Assembly: GCA_040005235.1 (NCBI GenBank)
Contig: JBDTZG010000055.1
Location: forward strand, 1-36,235
Length of the DNA stretch: 36,235 nt
Direction: 5' to 3'
DNA from: Acidobacteriota bacterium
GTDB taxonomy: Bacteria > Acidobacteriota > Thermoanaerobaculia > Multivoradales > UBA5704
The first letter of the stretch is position 1. Each line of letters starts with the position of its first letter. Positions 27,330 to 36,235 of this stretch are shown in pieces. The translations under genes were made by a program, and so were the position numbers. The notes below the pieces were generated by a model. It was not told the origin of the DNA. It worked only from the letters and a program-made list of their open reading frames with translations, and did no database searches.

Positions 27330-28130
27330 ATGGCCCAAGAGACTGGAAAAGATGCCAAAGCGATCCTGATCACGGGAGCGGCCTCCGGCATCGGCCGCGA
27401 GACCGCCCGCCTGTTCGTCTCACGCGGCTGGCGAACGGGGTTGGTGGACGTGAACGACGAAGGGCTCGCGGCCCTGGCCGCGGAGTTGGGAGCCGAGCGC
27501 TGTTTCACCCGCAAGCTCGACGTCCGCGACGGCGCCGACTACCCGAAGGCGGTGGCCGAGTTCGGCGCCTGGAGCGGCGGCCGGATGGACGCGCTGTTCA
27601 ACTGCGCGGGCATCATGCGCATGGGGCCGTTCGCCGCGACCTCGCTCGAAGATCATCGCCGCACGGTCGAGATCAACGTCATCGGCGTGGTCAACGGGAT
27701 CTATTCGTCGCTTCCCCTGCTCAAGAAGACACCCGGCGCCCACGTCGTCTCGATGGGCTCGGCCTCCGGGATCTACGGCGTCCCCGACCTTGCGACCTAC
27801 TCGGCATCCAAGTTTTTCATCCGCGGCTTCACTGAGGCGCTCAACATCGAGCTCGCCAAGGACGACATTACGGTGACCGACTTGATGCCGCTCTACGTCG
27901 ACACGCCGATGGTCCGCACCCAGACCTACCGCGCCGGCTCGCTCGAAACCTTCGGCGCCAAGCTCACCCCGCAGCAGATCGCGGGCGTGGTCTGGAACGC
28001 CGTCCACGGAAAGAAAGTCCACTGGGTGCCCGGCGCGCTGCTCAAGGCGCTCAACTACATCGGCGGCGCGCTCCCGTTCGTCTCCAAGCCGACCATGAAA
28101 CTGGTCGACAGCCGGCGCAAGGCGAGCTGA
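27330..28130 (+). CDS. SDR family oxidoreductase
   Basis: TGAASGIG, NCAG, YSASK. Confidence 0.95.
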   Translation: MAQETGKDAKAILITGAASGIGRETARLFVSRGWRTGLVDVNDEGLAALAAELGAERCFTRKLDVRDGADYPKAVAEFGAWSGGRMDALFNCAGIMRMGPFAATSLEDHRRTVEINVIGVVNGIYSSLPLLKKTPGAHVVSMGSASGIYGVPDLATYSASKFFIRGFTEALNIELAKDDITVTDLMPLYVDTPMVRTQTYRAGSLETFGAKLTPQQIAGVVWNAVHGKKVHWVPGALLKALNYIGGALPFVSKPTMKLVDSRRKAS

Positions 28131-28145
28131 CGCCTCGGACCTCTC

Positions 28146-29108
28146 ATGCGCGCCGCGGTGATCGAAGCGTATGGCGGCACCGATCGGTTCGCGCTCCGGG
28201 ACGTGCCCGAACCGCGGGCGCCCGGAACCGGCGAGCTGCTGGTGCGGGTGCGCGCCGCAGGGGTAAACCCGATGGACGGCAAGCTCCGGAGCGGCAAGTT
28301 CCGGATCGCCGTACATGAGCGTTTCCCGCTGGTTCTCGGATCGGATTTCGCGGGCGAGGTCGAAGCGGTCGGGCCGGAGGTCGCGGATTTCGAGCCCGGC
28401 GACCGCGTGTTCGGTAGCGCGCTGCGGATCGGCCGCGGCAGCTACGCCGAGCGGACCCTCGCGAAAGCCGACCAGGTGGCGCCGATCCCCGCCCGCCTTT
28501 CCTTCGCCGAGGCCGCCGCCCTTCCCGGCTCGGGCTGTACAGCTCTTCAATCGCTCCGCGACGTCGGCGAAGTCCAGTCGGGCGAGCGGGTTTTGATCCA
28601 CGGCGCGGCTGGCGGAGTTGGGCATTTCGCGATCCAAATCGCGCGCCTGTTGGGCGCTCGGGTGACCGCCACCGCGAGCGCCGCGAACCTCGAATTCCTG
28701 CGGGATCTCGGAGCCGAGCGGGCGATCGATTACCGCGCGGTGGACTTCGCCTTGGAAGACGAGCAATACGCGATGGTGTTCGACGTCGTCGGCAACCGGT
28801 CTTTTCCTCAGTGCCGCGCGGTGCTCTCCGAGGACGGCGGCGCATACGTGACGACGCGGCCGGGTCCCGGAGTTTTCTTCTGGTGGGCGGTCACGGGGCT
28901 GCGCAGCCGGGTCGGGCCGAAGCAGCGCGCCCGGTGGATCATCGTCCGCACCCGCAACGCCGATCTCTTCGACCTGGCGAGCTGGGCGGACCGAGGGGTT
29001 TTGCACCCCTCGATCGAAGAGATCATCCCGCTCGCCGAAGTCTGGCGTGCCCACGAGCGGATCGACGACGGGCACGTCCGCGGCAAGCTCGTGCTCGAAG
29101 TCGGCTAA
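28146..29108 (+). CDS. NAD(P)-dependent MDR / quinone oxidoreductase-like protein
   Basis: AAGVNPMD, GSDFAGEV, HGAAGGVG, RGKLVL. Confidence 0.92.
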   Translation: MRAAVIEAYGGTDRFALRDVPEPRAPGTGELLVRVRAAGVNPMDGKLRSGKFRIAVHERFPLVLGSDFAGEVEAVGPEVADFEPGDRVFGSALRIGRGSYAERTLAKADQVAPIPARLSFAEAAALPGSGCTALQSLRDVGEVQSGERVLIHGAAGGVGHFAIQIARLLGARVTATASAANLEFLRDLGAERAIDYRAVDFALEDEQYAMVFDVVGNRSFPQCRAVLSEDGGAYVTTRPGPGVFFWWAVTGLRSRVGPKQRARWIIVRTRNADLFDLASWADRGVLHPSIEEIIPLAEVWRAHERIDDGHVRGKLVLEVG

Positions 29109-29127
29109 AAACCAGAAGTAGCGGTTC

Positions 29128-30228
29128 TCAGGCGGAAACGGTCGCCCCCAGCGCCGGATAGTCGGTGTACCCCTCGGCACCGCCGCCGTAAAACGTCGCT
29201 GGATTCGGTGCGTTGAGCGGCGCCGCTTCGGCGAAGCGTTCCGGCAAGTCGGGGTTAGCGAGAAACGAGGAACCGAACGAGACCAAATCGGCCCGGCCGG
29301 AGGCGACGACCTCCTCGGCCGCGTCGAAGGTGTAGCCGCCGTTCACCATCAACGGCCCGTGGAACCGCTCGCGCAGGTGCGCCGTGATGCGCGCTTCCTC
29401 GCTCTCGGGGTTGAAGCTGCCGGGAACCACCAGATGCAGATAGGCGAGGCCGAAGCCGTCGAGCGCGCTCGCCGCCGCGCCGAACGTGGCGAACGGATCG
29501 GAGTCGCTAATGTCGTTGAAAGCGCTGAGCGGCGACAGGCGGACCCCCACCCGTTCGGCCCCTCCCCAAACCTCCGCGACCGCGGTCACGATCTCGACGA
29601 GGAAGCGGACGCGGTTCTCCGCCGATCCCCCGTACTCATCGGTCCGCACGTTGGTGCCGTCGCGCAGAAATTGGTCGATCAGGTAGCCGTTCGCGGCGTG
29701 GATCTCGACCCCGTCGAATCCGGCGTGGAGGGCACTCCGCGCGCCGGTCGCGAACTCGGCGACGACCTCCGCAATCTCCGCCGATTCAAGCGCCCGGGGC
29801 TCCACATGCGGCTGCGTGCCGGTCATGGTGCGAGAGTGCCCGGCCGGGGTGATCGCGGACGGTGCGACCGGCAGCCCGCCGTTCGGCTGGAACGAGGGGT
29901 GCGAGACTCGCCCCACGTGCCAGAGCTGGGCGAAAATCTTGCCTCCCCGCTCGTGGACCGCCTCGGTGATTTTTCGCCAGCCGGCGGTCTGGGCTTCCGA
30001 ATAGATCCCCGGAGTGCCCAGGTAGCCGACGCCCCGCGGCGAAACTTGCGTCCCCTCGGTGACGATCAGGCCTGCGCCCGCGCGCTGGCTGTAGTACTCG
30101 ATGGCGAGGTCGGCCGCGACGTTACCGGCCGCCGCGCGGCTGCGGGTCATGGGAGCCATGACCATCCGGTTGGCGAGCTTCGTGGGGCCGAGCTGGAAAG
30201 GCGAGAGCAGCAGCGAAGTCTGGGTCAT
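29128..30228 (-). CDS. nemA: Alkene reductase, old yellow enzyme family (NemA-like)
   Basis: MAPMTRSRA, QLWHVGR, EIHAANGYLIDQF, RTDEYGGS, GYTDYP. Confidence 0.93.
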   Translation of the reverse strand: MTQTSLLLSPFQLGPTKLANRMVMAPMTRSRAAAGNVAADLAIEYYSQRAGAGLIVTEGTQVSPRGVGYLGTPGIYSEAQTAGWRKITEAVHERGGKIFAQLWHVGRVSHPSFQPNGGLPVAPSAITPAGHSRTMTGTQPHVEPRALESAEIAEVVAEFATGARSALHAGFDGVEIHAANGYLIDQFLRDGTNVRTDEYGGSAENRVRFLVEIVTAVAEVWGGAERVGVRLSPLSAFNDISDSDPFATFGAAASALDGFGLAYLHLVVPGSFNPESEEARITAHLRERFHGPLMVNGGYTFDAAEEVVASGRADLVSFGSSFLANPDLPERFAEAAPLNAPNPATFYGGGAEGYTDYPALGATVSA

Positions 30229-30273
30229 AAAGGCTCCATCCCGATAGGGCAGATGTGGACTGTTCGGCTCCGG

Positions 30274-30293
30274 AAAGTACAGGTCTGTAATAT
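30274..30293. promoter_or_regulatory. Candidate MarR operator upstream of nemA
   Basis: AAAGTACAGgtCTGTAATAT palindrome; 14/20 identical to 30731-30750 at the marR start. Confidence 0.55.
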
Positions 30294-30319
30294 GGGGTAA
30301 AAAAAGAGAACGCCCCGAT

Positions 30320-30739
30320 TTACCCTTCAGCGCGAACCAGCGTCGCGATCCGCGCGAGCGCCTGACGGTCGATCTCGGCGAAGCGGCCGAAGATCAGCTC
30401 TTCCGTCTCCGCCAGCACCTTCGCCCCCGCGGCATGTCGTTCCCGGCCGGTGGCGGTGAGAGCGGCGCGCACGGAGCGCCGGTCCTTCGGATCGCCCAAA
30501 CGCTCGACCAGCTTCTCCTCTTCGAGTCGGTCGATCAGCTGGGTCATGTTCGAGCGCACGCAGCTGCACTTCTCCGCCAAGGTTCCCAGTGGAACCGGAT
30601 CGCCCGCCTCGACCAGCCGCGAAAGCACGTTCAGCTTCGCCAGCGAAAGTCCGACCGCATCGAGAGCCGTCTCGATCCGGTTCTCCACTTCCCGGGCCGT
30701 CGAAAGCAGCAGGTGCGCAGCAGGGGGAGAATTGTTCAT
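30320..30739 (-). CDS. MarR family transcriptional regulator (upstream of nemA)
   Basis: GLSLAKLNVL…CSCVRSNMTQLIDRLEEEKLVER…DRR. ATG 30739 lies 6 nt after a TATACT -10. Confidence 0.9.
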   Translation of the reverse strand: MNNSPPAAHLLLSTAREVENRIETALDAVGLSLAKLNVLSRLVEAGDPVPLGTLAEKCSCVRSNMTQLIDRLEEEKLVERLGDPKDRRSVRAALTATGRERHAAGAKVLAETEELIFGRFAEIDRQALARIATLVRAEG

Positions 30740-30956
30740 GGCTGTAGTATACAGAATAAGAGGGGTTTGTACATGGTGGCCCCGGGGGCGCAGTACAACT
30801 AGGCACGGAGACACTTCGATTCCTAGCGGGTGGGACAAGCGACCAGCCTATGTGCCATCTCAAGGTGGTCTAAACCTACGCAAGGCGCTTTAGCGGCCCC
30901 ATTAGCTGCAATGAGCAGCCGACCAAAGCGAAAGGTCCTCACCTTGCCGGGGACAC

Positions 30957-31391
30957 TTACTCATGGCCTGCCTCAGGGTCAGAAGGCGGCGGGGTATACC
31001 TATATGACGATAGTTTAGGGCTAACAATGTCACAGCTGAAATCAGCCGCGATCTGCTTTCCCCCTTGAGCATAGCAAAGTTCTCTAAAGCTTCTTTCGGC
31101 CCAATCGCTTAATTCTTTTCGGTAGCGAGCCGTGCTTCGGCGAGACTCCTCTGTTCTTTGCTTGAAAAGCATAAATTCGACCCGCAAATCCTCTCGTTTA
31201 TCACGCTCCTTATCAAGGTCACTGCTGAGGTTTTGCAGGTACATTCCCAAGGCTCCGTACGACAGAGTTGCTAGTGCCACGAACATCGCTGCAAACTCAA
31301 GGTAGATCCTATAATCTCTTTTCGGAGTACCTGCACCTTCCGCCTTAGGAGGCTGAGCTGGCACCGGACTTTGGCTTTCTATTTCGGTCAA
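30957..31391 (-). CDS. Hypothetical single-TM coiled-coil protein (lower-GC cassette)
   Basis: TTG start with AGGGG SD, TM FAAMFVALATLSYGALGMYL, charged helical segment, two Cys. Confidence 0.7.
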   Translation of the reverse strand: MTEIESQSPVPAQPPKAEGAGTPKRDYRIYLEFAAMFVALATLSYGALGMYLQNLSSDLDKERDKREDLRVEFMLFKQRTEESRRSTARYRKELSDWAERSFRELCYAQGGKQIAADFSCDIVSPKLSSYRYTPPPSDPEAGHE

Positions 31392-31411
31392 TGCTCGGCC
31401 CCTATAGAAGG

Positions 31412-32539
31412 TTACCTCTGCGGGTTTCGCGAAAGTTCCCGCAAATTTCGGATGACGCTACTCTCGATTACGATCATGGAAGGGATATCCTGGCGACTTC
31501 CTTCCTGCACTTCTTTTCTCTCAATAAAGTACCAATTGTCAGGCGAAGTCACAACGCTAAGGAAATTCGCGGTCGTGGGTAACTGAATTGAGCCAATAAC
31601 ATTGCCGCGCCCGGACGGATCGATTTTGTGAAGCTTCCAAGCGGTCCCCTGGTTTGACTCTGGAGAGCGAGTCAAGAGATAAAGAAATCCATCCTGCGAG
31701 AATAAGCCAGCAGGAGTGTCGTACCCCTCAAGCTCTCGGAAAAGTTGAGCCACCGTGCCCGCGCCATCCATCGACGTCTGAACAGGCAACGTCTTGTTCA
31801 AGCTCACCCGAAGAGCATCCAAGGGAAAAGGCTCTTTCGATCCCGCATCAACCCTAAAGAGCGACGGCTTGTAATTGTACCTCATGGCAACATAAAAAAA
31901 TGAGTCGCCAACAGAGGTTATAAATGGAAACCCAATGACATAATAGTCTGCATCTTCGAACTCAGAGAAGAAAGTTACATTGCTGGGCTTTTCCAGAGGC
32001 GACCGAAAAAAGCCGATCGTGAAGTCGGAACTTCCATTGCGGAAGACTGGCCCATAGCCAAATACTGACTTTCCATTTGACGTCCACTGATACAGGGACG
32101 CTATGCCTCCGGTGGCCTCACTAGCGCTCAATGCGACCTCACCTTTGGGTAACAGCATTGAGTCGAGACGCTCCGTCCGGGCGCCGGGCAGTTTGAGAAA
32201 GAATTCGCCGCCAACCTTATTAACAGCGAGTGGCTGAAGGCGTTCTAGATTCCCGAATTTCTCTCCTGAAACCCTCTTGGTCATACCATCGGGAGCAATG
32301 AGGATTAGCTCTTTTTTAATTGGATCAACAAGCAGGATTGACTTAAATTTATCGGCCCATTCCGCTGAGCTTATCCACACCGGCGATTCTTTGAGGCGGA
32401 TCCTCTTCCATGGAGCACCAGTTCCCGAAGCGAAGATAGCTTGAGATCCTGTCGTGCAGGCGAAGATCATGGCGCAGGCCAGAAGGGCGACCACTCTCTG
32501 AATGCTACGCGGGGCCGAAGTACCGTTATCCATCGTCAT
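31412..32539 (-). CDS. Exported (possibly lipid-anchored) beta-propeller-like protein, 375 aa
   Basis: ATG 32539 with AAGGGG SD, signal VVALLACAMIFAC, and repeated beta-blade-like motifs (ILLVDPIKKELILIAPDG, GLFSQDGFLYLLTR, WKLHKIDP). Confidence 0.75.
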   Translation of the reverse strand: MTMDNGTSAPRSIQRVVALLACAMIFACTTGSQAIFASGTGAPWKRIRLKESPVWISSAEWADKFKSILLVDPIKKELILIAPDGMTKRVSGEKFGNLERLQPLAVNKVGGEFFLKLPGARTERLDSMLLPKGEVALSASEATGGIASLYQWTSNGKSVFGYGPVFRNGSSDFTIGFFRSPLEKPSNVTFFSEFEDADYYVIGFPFITSVGDSFFYVAMRYNYKPSLFRVDAGSKEPFPLDALRVSLNKTLPVQTSMDGAGTVAQLFRELEGYDTPAGLFSQDGFLYLLTRSPESNQGTAWKLHKIDPSGRGNVIGSIQLPTTANFLSVVTSPDNWYFIERKEVQEGSRQDIPSMIVIESSVIRNLRELSRNPQR

Positions 32540-32549
32540 ATGCCCCTTG

Positions 32550-32747
32550 TCAGATCGAGCCAGTACAAATGCCGCGGCCTCTAAGGCAGTCGTTGGTTGA
32601 AAAGTCGTGCTTTCCGAAGTCACTACCTCCACTTATGCATGACGAGGCGCTAATGGCTCGGCCAAGCTCGTTGGGACATCGGCCTGGAGACGCCGGTGCA
32701 ACGGTTAGAAAAGCACATGCTATGACTGCCGCTCCCAGCTTGACCAC
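32550..32747 (-). CDS. Small secreted Cys-rich peptide, 65 aa
   Basis: GGAGGT-6nt-GTG start: MVKLGAAVIACAFLTVAPASPG-RCPNELGRAISASSCISGGSDFGKHDFSTNDCLRGRGICTGSI. The stop is 10 nt before the next ATG. An in-frame alternative ATG exists at 32852. Confidence 0.65.
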   Translation of the reverse strand: MVKLGAAVIACAFLTVAPASPGRCPNELGRAISASSCISGGSDFGKHDFSTNDCLRGRGICTGSI

Positions 32748-33069
32748 AGAAGCACCTCCCGTGCCATAGGCACGAACTGCTAAGTTAGACGTTTGCACTA
32801 TCGTACCAGTTGCTTCAGCCGCGGTCAACCGAAGCGATGCAGAGATGCGCATGGAAGCACCTTTTGCACCTGAGCATAAATAAGAGTGCGCTAGAACCCG
32901 GGTACCGGGACAAAGCCTGGGAAGGGTTCTGGTAGAGACGCGACAATCAAGGCGAATTTGTGCCACTAGTTGGGTCTTGAGGCGAAGGATATGGTCAAGA
33001 GGTAGGGGGCGGCATGTGGATTTTGAGCGAGATCAAGGGCGGCTCATTATGAGATGCACCGTACTTCGC

Positions 33070-34677
33070 TCAGCCGACCCGTGGACCCGCCGCCTTCACC
33101 TCGGGGGAGACGCCGCTCGCGTACTTCTCGAAGTTGGTGACGAACATCTGCGCCAGCTCGGTCGCCTTGGCGTCGTAGCGGGCGACATCGGCCCAGGTCT
33201 CGCGCGGGCGGAGCACCTCGTCCGGCACGCCTTCGACCTGCTGGGGCACGCTCAGGCCGAAGACCGGATCGATGCGGAACGCCCCCGCGTCGAGCTCGCC
33301 GCTGAGCGCGGCCTGGAGCAGGCGACGGGTGAGCGAGAGCTTCATCCGCTTTCCGGAGCCGTAGGGGCCGCCGGTCCAGCCGGTGTTGACCAGCCAGACC
33401 TTGGCGCCTGCAGCAAGCCGGTCGCCGAGCATTTTGGCGTAGACCCCCGGGTGGAGCGGCAGGAACGGCGCCCCGAAGCAGGCCGAGAAGGTCGCTTTGG
33501 GCTCGGTGACCCCCCGTTCGGTCCCCGCGACCTTCGCGGTATAGCCGGAGAGGAAGTGGTACATCGCCTGGTCGTTCGTCAAGCGCGCGATCGGCGGCAG
33601 CACCCCGAACGCATCGCAGGTGAGGAACACGACGTTTCTCGGATGCCCCGCGGTGCCTTGCGGGTCGACGTTCGACAGGTGGGTGATCGGATAGCTGCCG
33701 CGGGTGTTTTCGGTCTTGCCGTCGTCGTCGAGATCGAGCGTTCGCAGCTCGCGGTCGTAGGTGACGTTTTCGAGGATCGTGCCGAACCGGCGGGTGGTCG
33801 AGTAGATCTCGGGCTCGCTCTCAGGCGAGAGGCGGATCATCTTGGCGTAGCAGCCCCCCTCGATGTTGAACACGCCGTCGGGTCCCCAGCCGTGCTCGTC
33901 GTCGCCGATCAGCGTCCGTTCCGGGTCGGCCGAGAGGGTCGTCTTGCCGGTGCCCGAGAGGCCGAAGAAGAGCGCCACGTCTTCCTTGGTGGCGCCGTAG
34001 TTGGCGCTGCAGTGCATCGACAGGACGTCGTTTTTCGGCAGCACGTAGTTCATCACGGAGAAGATGCTCTTCTTGATCTCGCCGGCGTAGGAGGTGCCGC
34101 CAATCAGAACGGTCTTCCGGTCGAGGTCGAGCAGGACGAAGGCGCCGGACCGGGTGCCGTCTCGCGCGGGCTCCGCTTCGAGGCCGCATACGTCGAGCAC
34201 CAGGAAATCGGGCTCGAACGCTTCGAGCGCCGCGCCGTCCTCTTCGCGCACGAACATGTTGCGCGCGAACAGGCTATGCCAAGCCTTCTCGGTGATCACC
34301 CGGACCTTGATCCGGTAGCGCGGATCGCAGCCGGCATAGCCGTCGAAGACGAACAGGTCCTTGCCCGCCACGTGCTCGCGCGCCCGCTCGTAGAGCGACT
34401 CGAACTTTTCCGGGTCAAACGGCTTGTTGACGTTGCCCCACCAGATGTCGGCTTCGCTCGCGGCGTTCCTGACCACGAACTTGTCCTCGGGCGAGCGGCC
34501 GGTGAACGAACCCGTGTCGCAAAGAAGCGGCCCGTCGGCGGCCAGAAACGCCTCGTCACGGCGCACCGCCTGCTCACAGAGAGCGGCGGGAGAGAGGTTC
34601 CAGTAAGCGGCTTTAGCTCGCTCCAGGCCGTGGCGGTCGAGACCGAAACGGCTGACGAAAGGTCCTTCGCTTAGCAT
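33070..34677 (-). CDS. pckA: Phosphoenolpyruvate carboxykinase (ATP)
   Basis: [51 protein letters not shown]. Confidence 0.98.
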   Translation of the reverse strand: MLSEGPFVSRFGLDRHGLERAKAAYWNLSPAALCEQAVRRDEAFLAADGPLLCDTGSFTGRSPEDKFVVRNAASEADIWWGNVNKPFDPEKFESLYERAREHVAGKDLFVFDGYAGCDPRYRIKVRVITEKAWHSLFARNMFVREEDGAALEAFEPDFLVLDVCGLEAEPARDGTRSGAFVLLDLDRKTVLIGGTSYAGEIKKSIFSVMNYVLPKNDVLSMHCSANYGATKEDVALFFGLSGTGKTTLSADPERTLIGDDEHGWGPDGVFNIEGGCYAKMIRLSPESEPEIYSTTRRFGTILENVTYDRELRTLDLDDDGKTENTRGSYPITHLSNVDPQGTAGHPRNVVFLTCDAFGVLPPIARLTNDQAMYHFLSGYTAKVAGTERGVTEPKATFSACFGAPFLPLHPGVYAKMLGDRLAAGAKVWLVNTGWTGGPYGSGKRMKLSLTRRLLQAALSGELDAGAFRIDPVFGLSVPQQVEGVPDEVLRPRETWADVARYDAKATELAQMFVTNFEKYASGVSPEVKAAGPRVG

Positions 34678-34769
34678 GCGTTCCCCCGGTGCGAAATTGG
34701 GATGGACGTCAAAGCCCGATCGGCGCTGGATCTTAGAGCATCCCGGCGGAATTGGTAGAGTCCCGCGAA

Positions 34770-35522
34770 ATGGTCAATGCCAGAAATCCTCCCGCCGTCG
34801 TCCTGGTGCGCCCGCGGGAGGAGGGCAACGTCGGCGCTTCGGCCCGCGCGATGGCCAACACCGGCCACCATCAGATGCTTCTGGTCGAGCCGGCGGCGCC
34901 GTTCGGCGACACAGCCCGCCGGTTCGCCGTGGGCGCCCACCACGTGCTGGACTTTGCCGCCCGTCACGCCACCCTCGCGGAGGCTCTGGCCCCTTTCCGC
35001 CGGGTTGTGGCGACGACCTCGACCCGCGACCGCAAGCTGGAGGTGCCGCTGCTCACGCCGCGCGAGCTGCCGGCGCTCCTCGTCGAAGATCCGCCCGATC
35101 TGCCGACCGCGCTCGTGTTCGGCCCCGAGGTGGGGGGATTGACGGCGGACGAGCTGGCCCTGGCTCACGTGATCGTGCACATCCCCTGCGCGCCCGAGCA
35201 GCCAACGCTCAATCTGAGCCAGGCGGTGTTGATCCTGGGGTACGAGCTGTTCCAGGCCCGCCGCTTGGCGGGGGAGTCGCCGAGCGCTCCGCCGGGCGCC
35301 GCCGCGCCGTTCGAGCCGGCGACGGCCGCCGAGGTGGAGGGGCTATTCGGGCACGTGGCCGAAGTGCTCGGCGCGGTCGGCTTCGCTCGCGACGACAGTT
35401 TCGACGGGGTCATCCGCGACTTGCGGCAGCTGGCGGGCCGCACCGATCTCTCGGTGCGCGAGGTGAAGATCCTGCGAGGCATCTGCCGCCGTACGGCGAA
35501 CGCGCTCTCCGGGAAGCGGTGA
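34770..35522 (+). CDS. trmJ: TrmJ/LasT family SPOUT RNA methyltransferase
   Basis: [47 protein letters not shown]. Confidence 0.88.
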   Translation: MVNARNPPAVVLVRPREEGNVGASARAMANTGHHQMLLVEPAAPFGDTARRFAVGAHHVLDFAARHATLAEALAPFRRVVATTSTRDRKLEVPLLTPRELPALLVEDPPDLPTALVFGPEVGGLTADELALAHVIVHIPCAPEQPTLNLSQAVLILGYELFQARRLAGESPSAPPGAAAPFEPATAAEVEGLFGHVAEVLGAVGFARDDSFDGVIRDLRQLAGRTDLSVREVKILRGICRRTANALSGKR

Positions 35523-35544
35523 TTTTGGGGAGCGCCGGAGGCGT

Positions 35545-36165
35545 CTAGTCCGAATCGGCGGGATCGAAGGGCTCGGCATCGACCGGCCGCTTCGTATAGC
35601 CGCGCAGGAACATCCGTTCGGTGAGCGCGGCCATGCAGCGCCGGGCCACTTTCCGCACGCTGGACGGGTGGTACCCCATCTGCACCGCGACCTCGCCGGA
35701 ATCGAGCCCCAGGCGATAGCGCAGGCGCAACAAGCGGCGGCAGCGCGGGGGAAGGCCCTCGATCAGGTTGTCGAGGTCCCAGCGGACCTCGGCCTTCTCT
35801 TGGGGCGCCGCTTCGGGCTCCGAAAGCAGCTCCAGAATGACCGCATCGACCGAGTTGTAGAGGTTCGTGTGCTTCTTGCGCCAATATACGACGCAGCGAT
35901 TGCGCAAAGTGACCAGCAGCCAAGCCTCGGGATCCTGGATCTCGCTCCATTTCTGGAGCGTCGAGACCAGCGCTTCCTGCACCAAGTCCTCCGCGTCGTG
36001 CGCGGGCACGCGATAGCGCGCAAGGATCTGCTTCAGCCGCGGCCGGAGCCGTTGCAGGAGATCCTCGATGGACTCCCGGACCACGCCGAGGTCGGCGGCG
36101 GGAGGATCGGAAGCGGCTGGGTCGGATGCAGGTCGATCGCCAGCGGGTTGATTGGAGGCTGCCAT
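35545..36165 (-). CDS. ECF-type sigma-70 family RNA polymerase sigma factor
   Basis: Region 2 DAEDLVQEAL…AWL…RNRC and region 4 LPPRCRRLLRLRY…EVAVQMG…SVRK. Confidence 0.9.
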   Translation of the reverse strand: MAASNQPAGDRPASDPAASDPPAADLGVVRESIEDLLQRLRPRLKQILARYRVPAHDAEDLVQEALVSTLQKWSEIQDPEAWLLVTLRNRCVVYWRKKHTNLYNSVDAVILELLSEPEAAPQEKAEVRWDLDNLIEGLPPRCRRLLRLRYRLGLDSGEVAVQMGYHPSSVRKVARRCMAALTERMFLRGYTKRPVDAEPFDPADSD

Positions 36166-36235
36166 TCGAACGCCCTGAGCTCAACTCCGCGAACGGTGGT
36201 TTCCGCCGCGAGCCATTGATGATACCGCTTCACAC

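Noticed and set aside
30852-33059. GTGCCATCTCA / TGAGATGCAC as terminal inverted repeats of the lower-GC cassette
   Set aside because: Only ~10 bp with an indel, no target duplication or transposase; compatible with chance.

Overview
High-GC bacterial chromosomal window. The gene families and their style suggest Acidobacteriota/Thermoanaerobaculia, which is an inference. The backbone carries tex, a membrane pseudokinase, a GNAT, ettA, marR-yceI, ychF, HIT, hrpB, an amidohydrolase, SDR/MDR oxidoreductases, marR-nemA, pckA, a TrmJ-type methyltransferase and an ECF-like sigma factor. Three accessory zones interrupt it. (1) 1-6500 is a rearranged Rhs polymorphic-toxin locus. It has a Tlde1/DUF2778-type C-terminal toxin and a coupled 4-TM candidate immunity gene. 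The apparent Rhs start codon and signal peptide lie inverted on the minus strand (247 to <1). An ~85-bp multi-hairpin repeat sits at two gene-breaking junctions, one next to an IS21 istA fragment. (2) 15943-20880 is an integrase-less two-component island bracketed by two 221-bp copies of the ychF 3' end that differ mostly at synonymous sites. (3) ~30850-33060 is a lower-GC three-gene cassette: a small secreted 4-Cys peptide, an exported beta-propeller-like protein and a TM/coiled-coil protein. No rRNA, tRNA or CRISPR array was seen. All family calls come from motif recognition by eye; no database searches were run.
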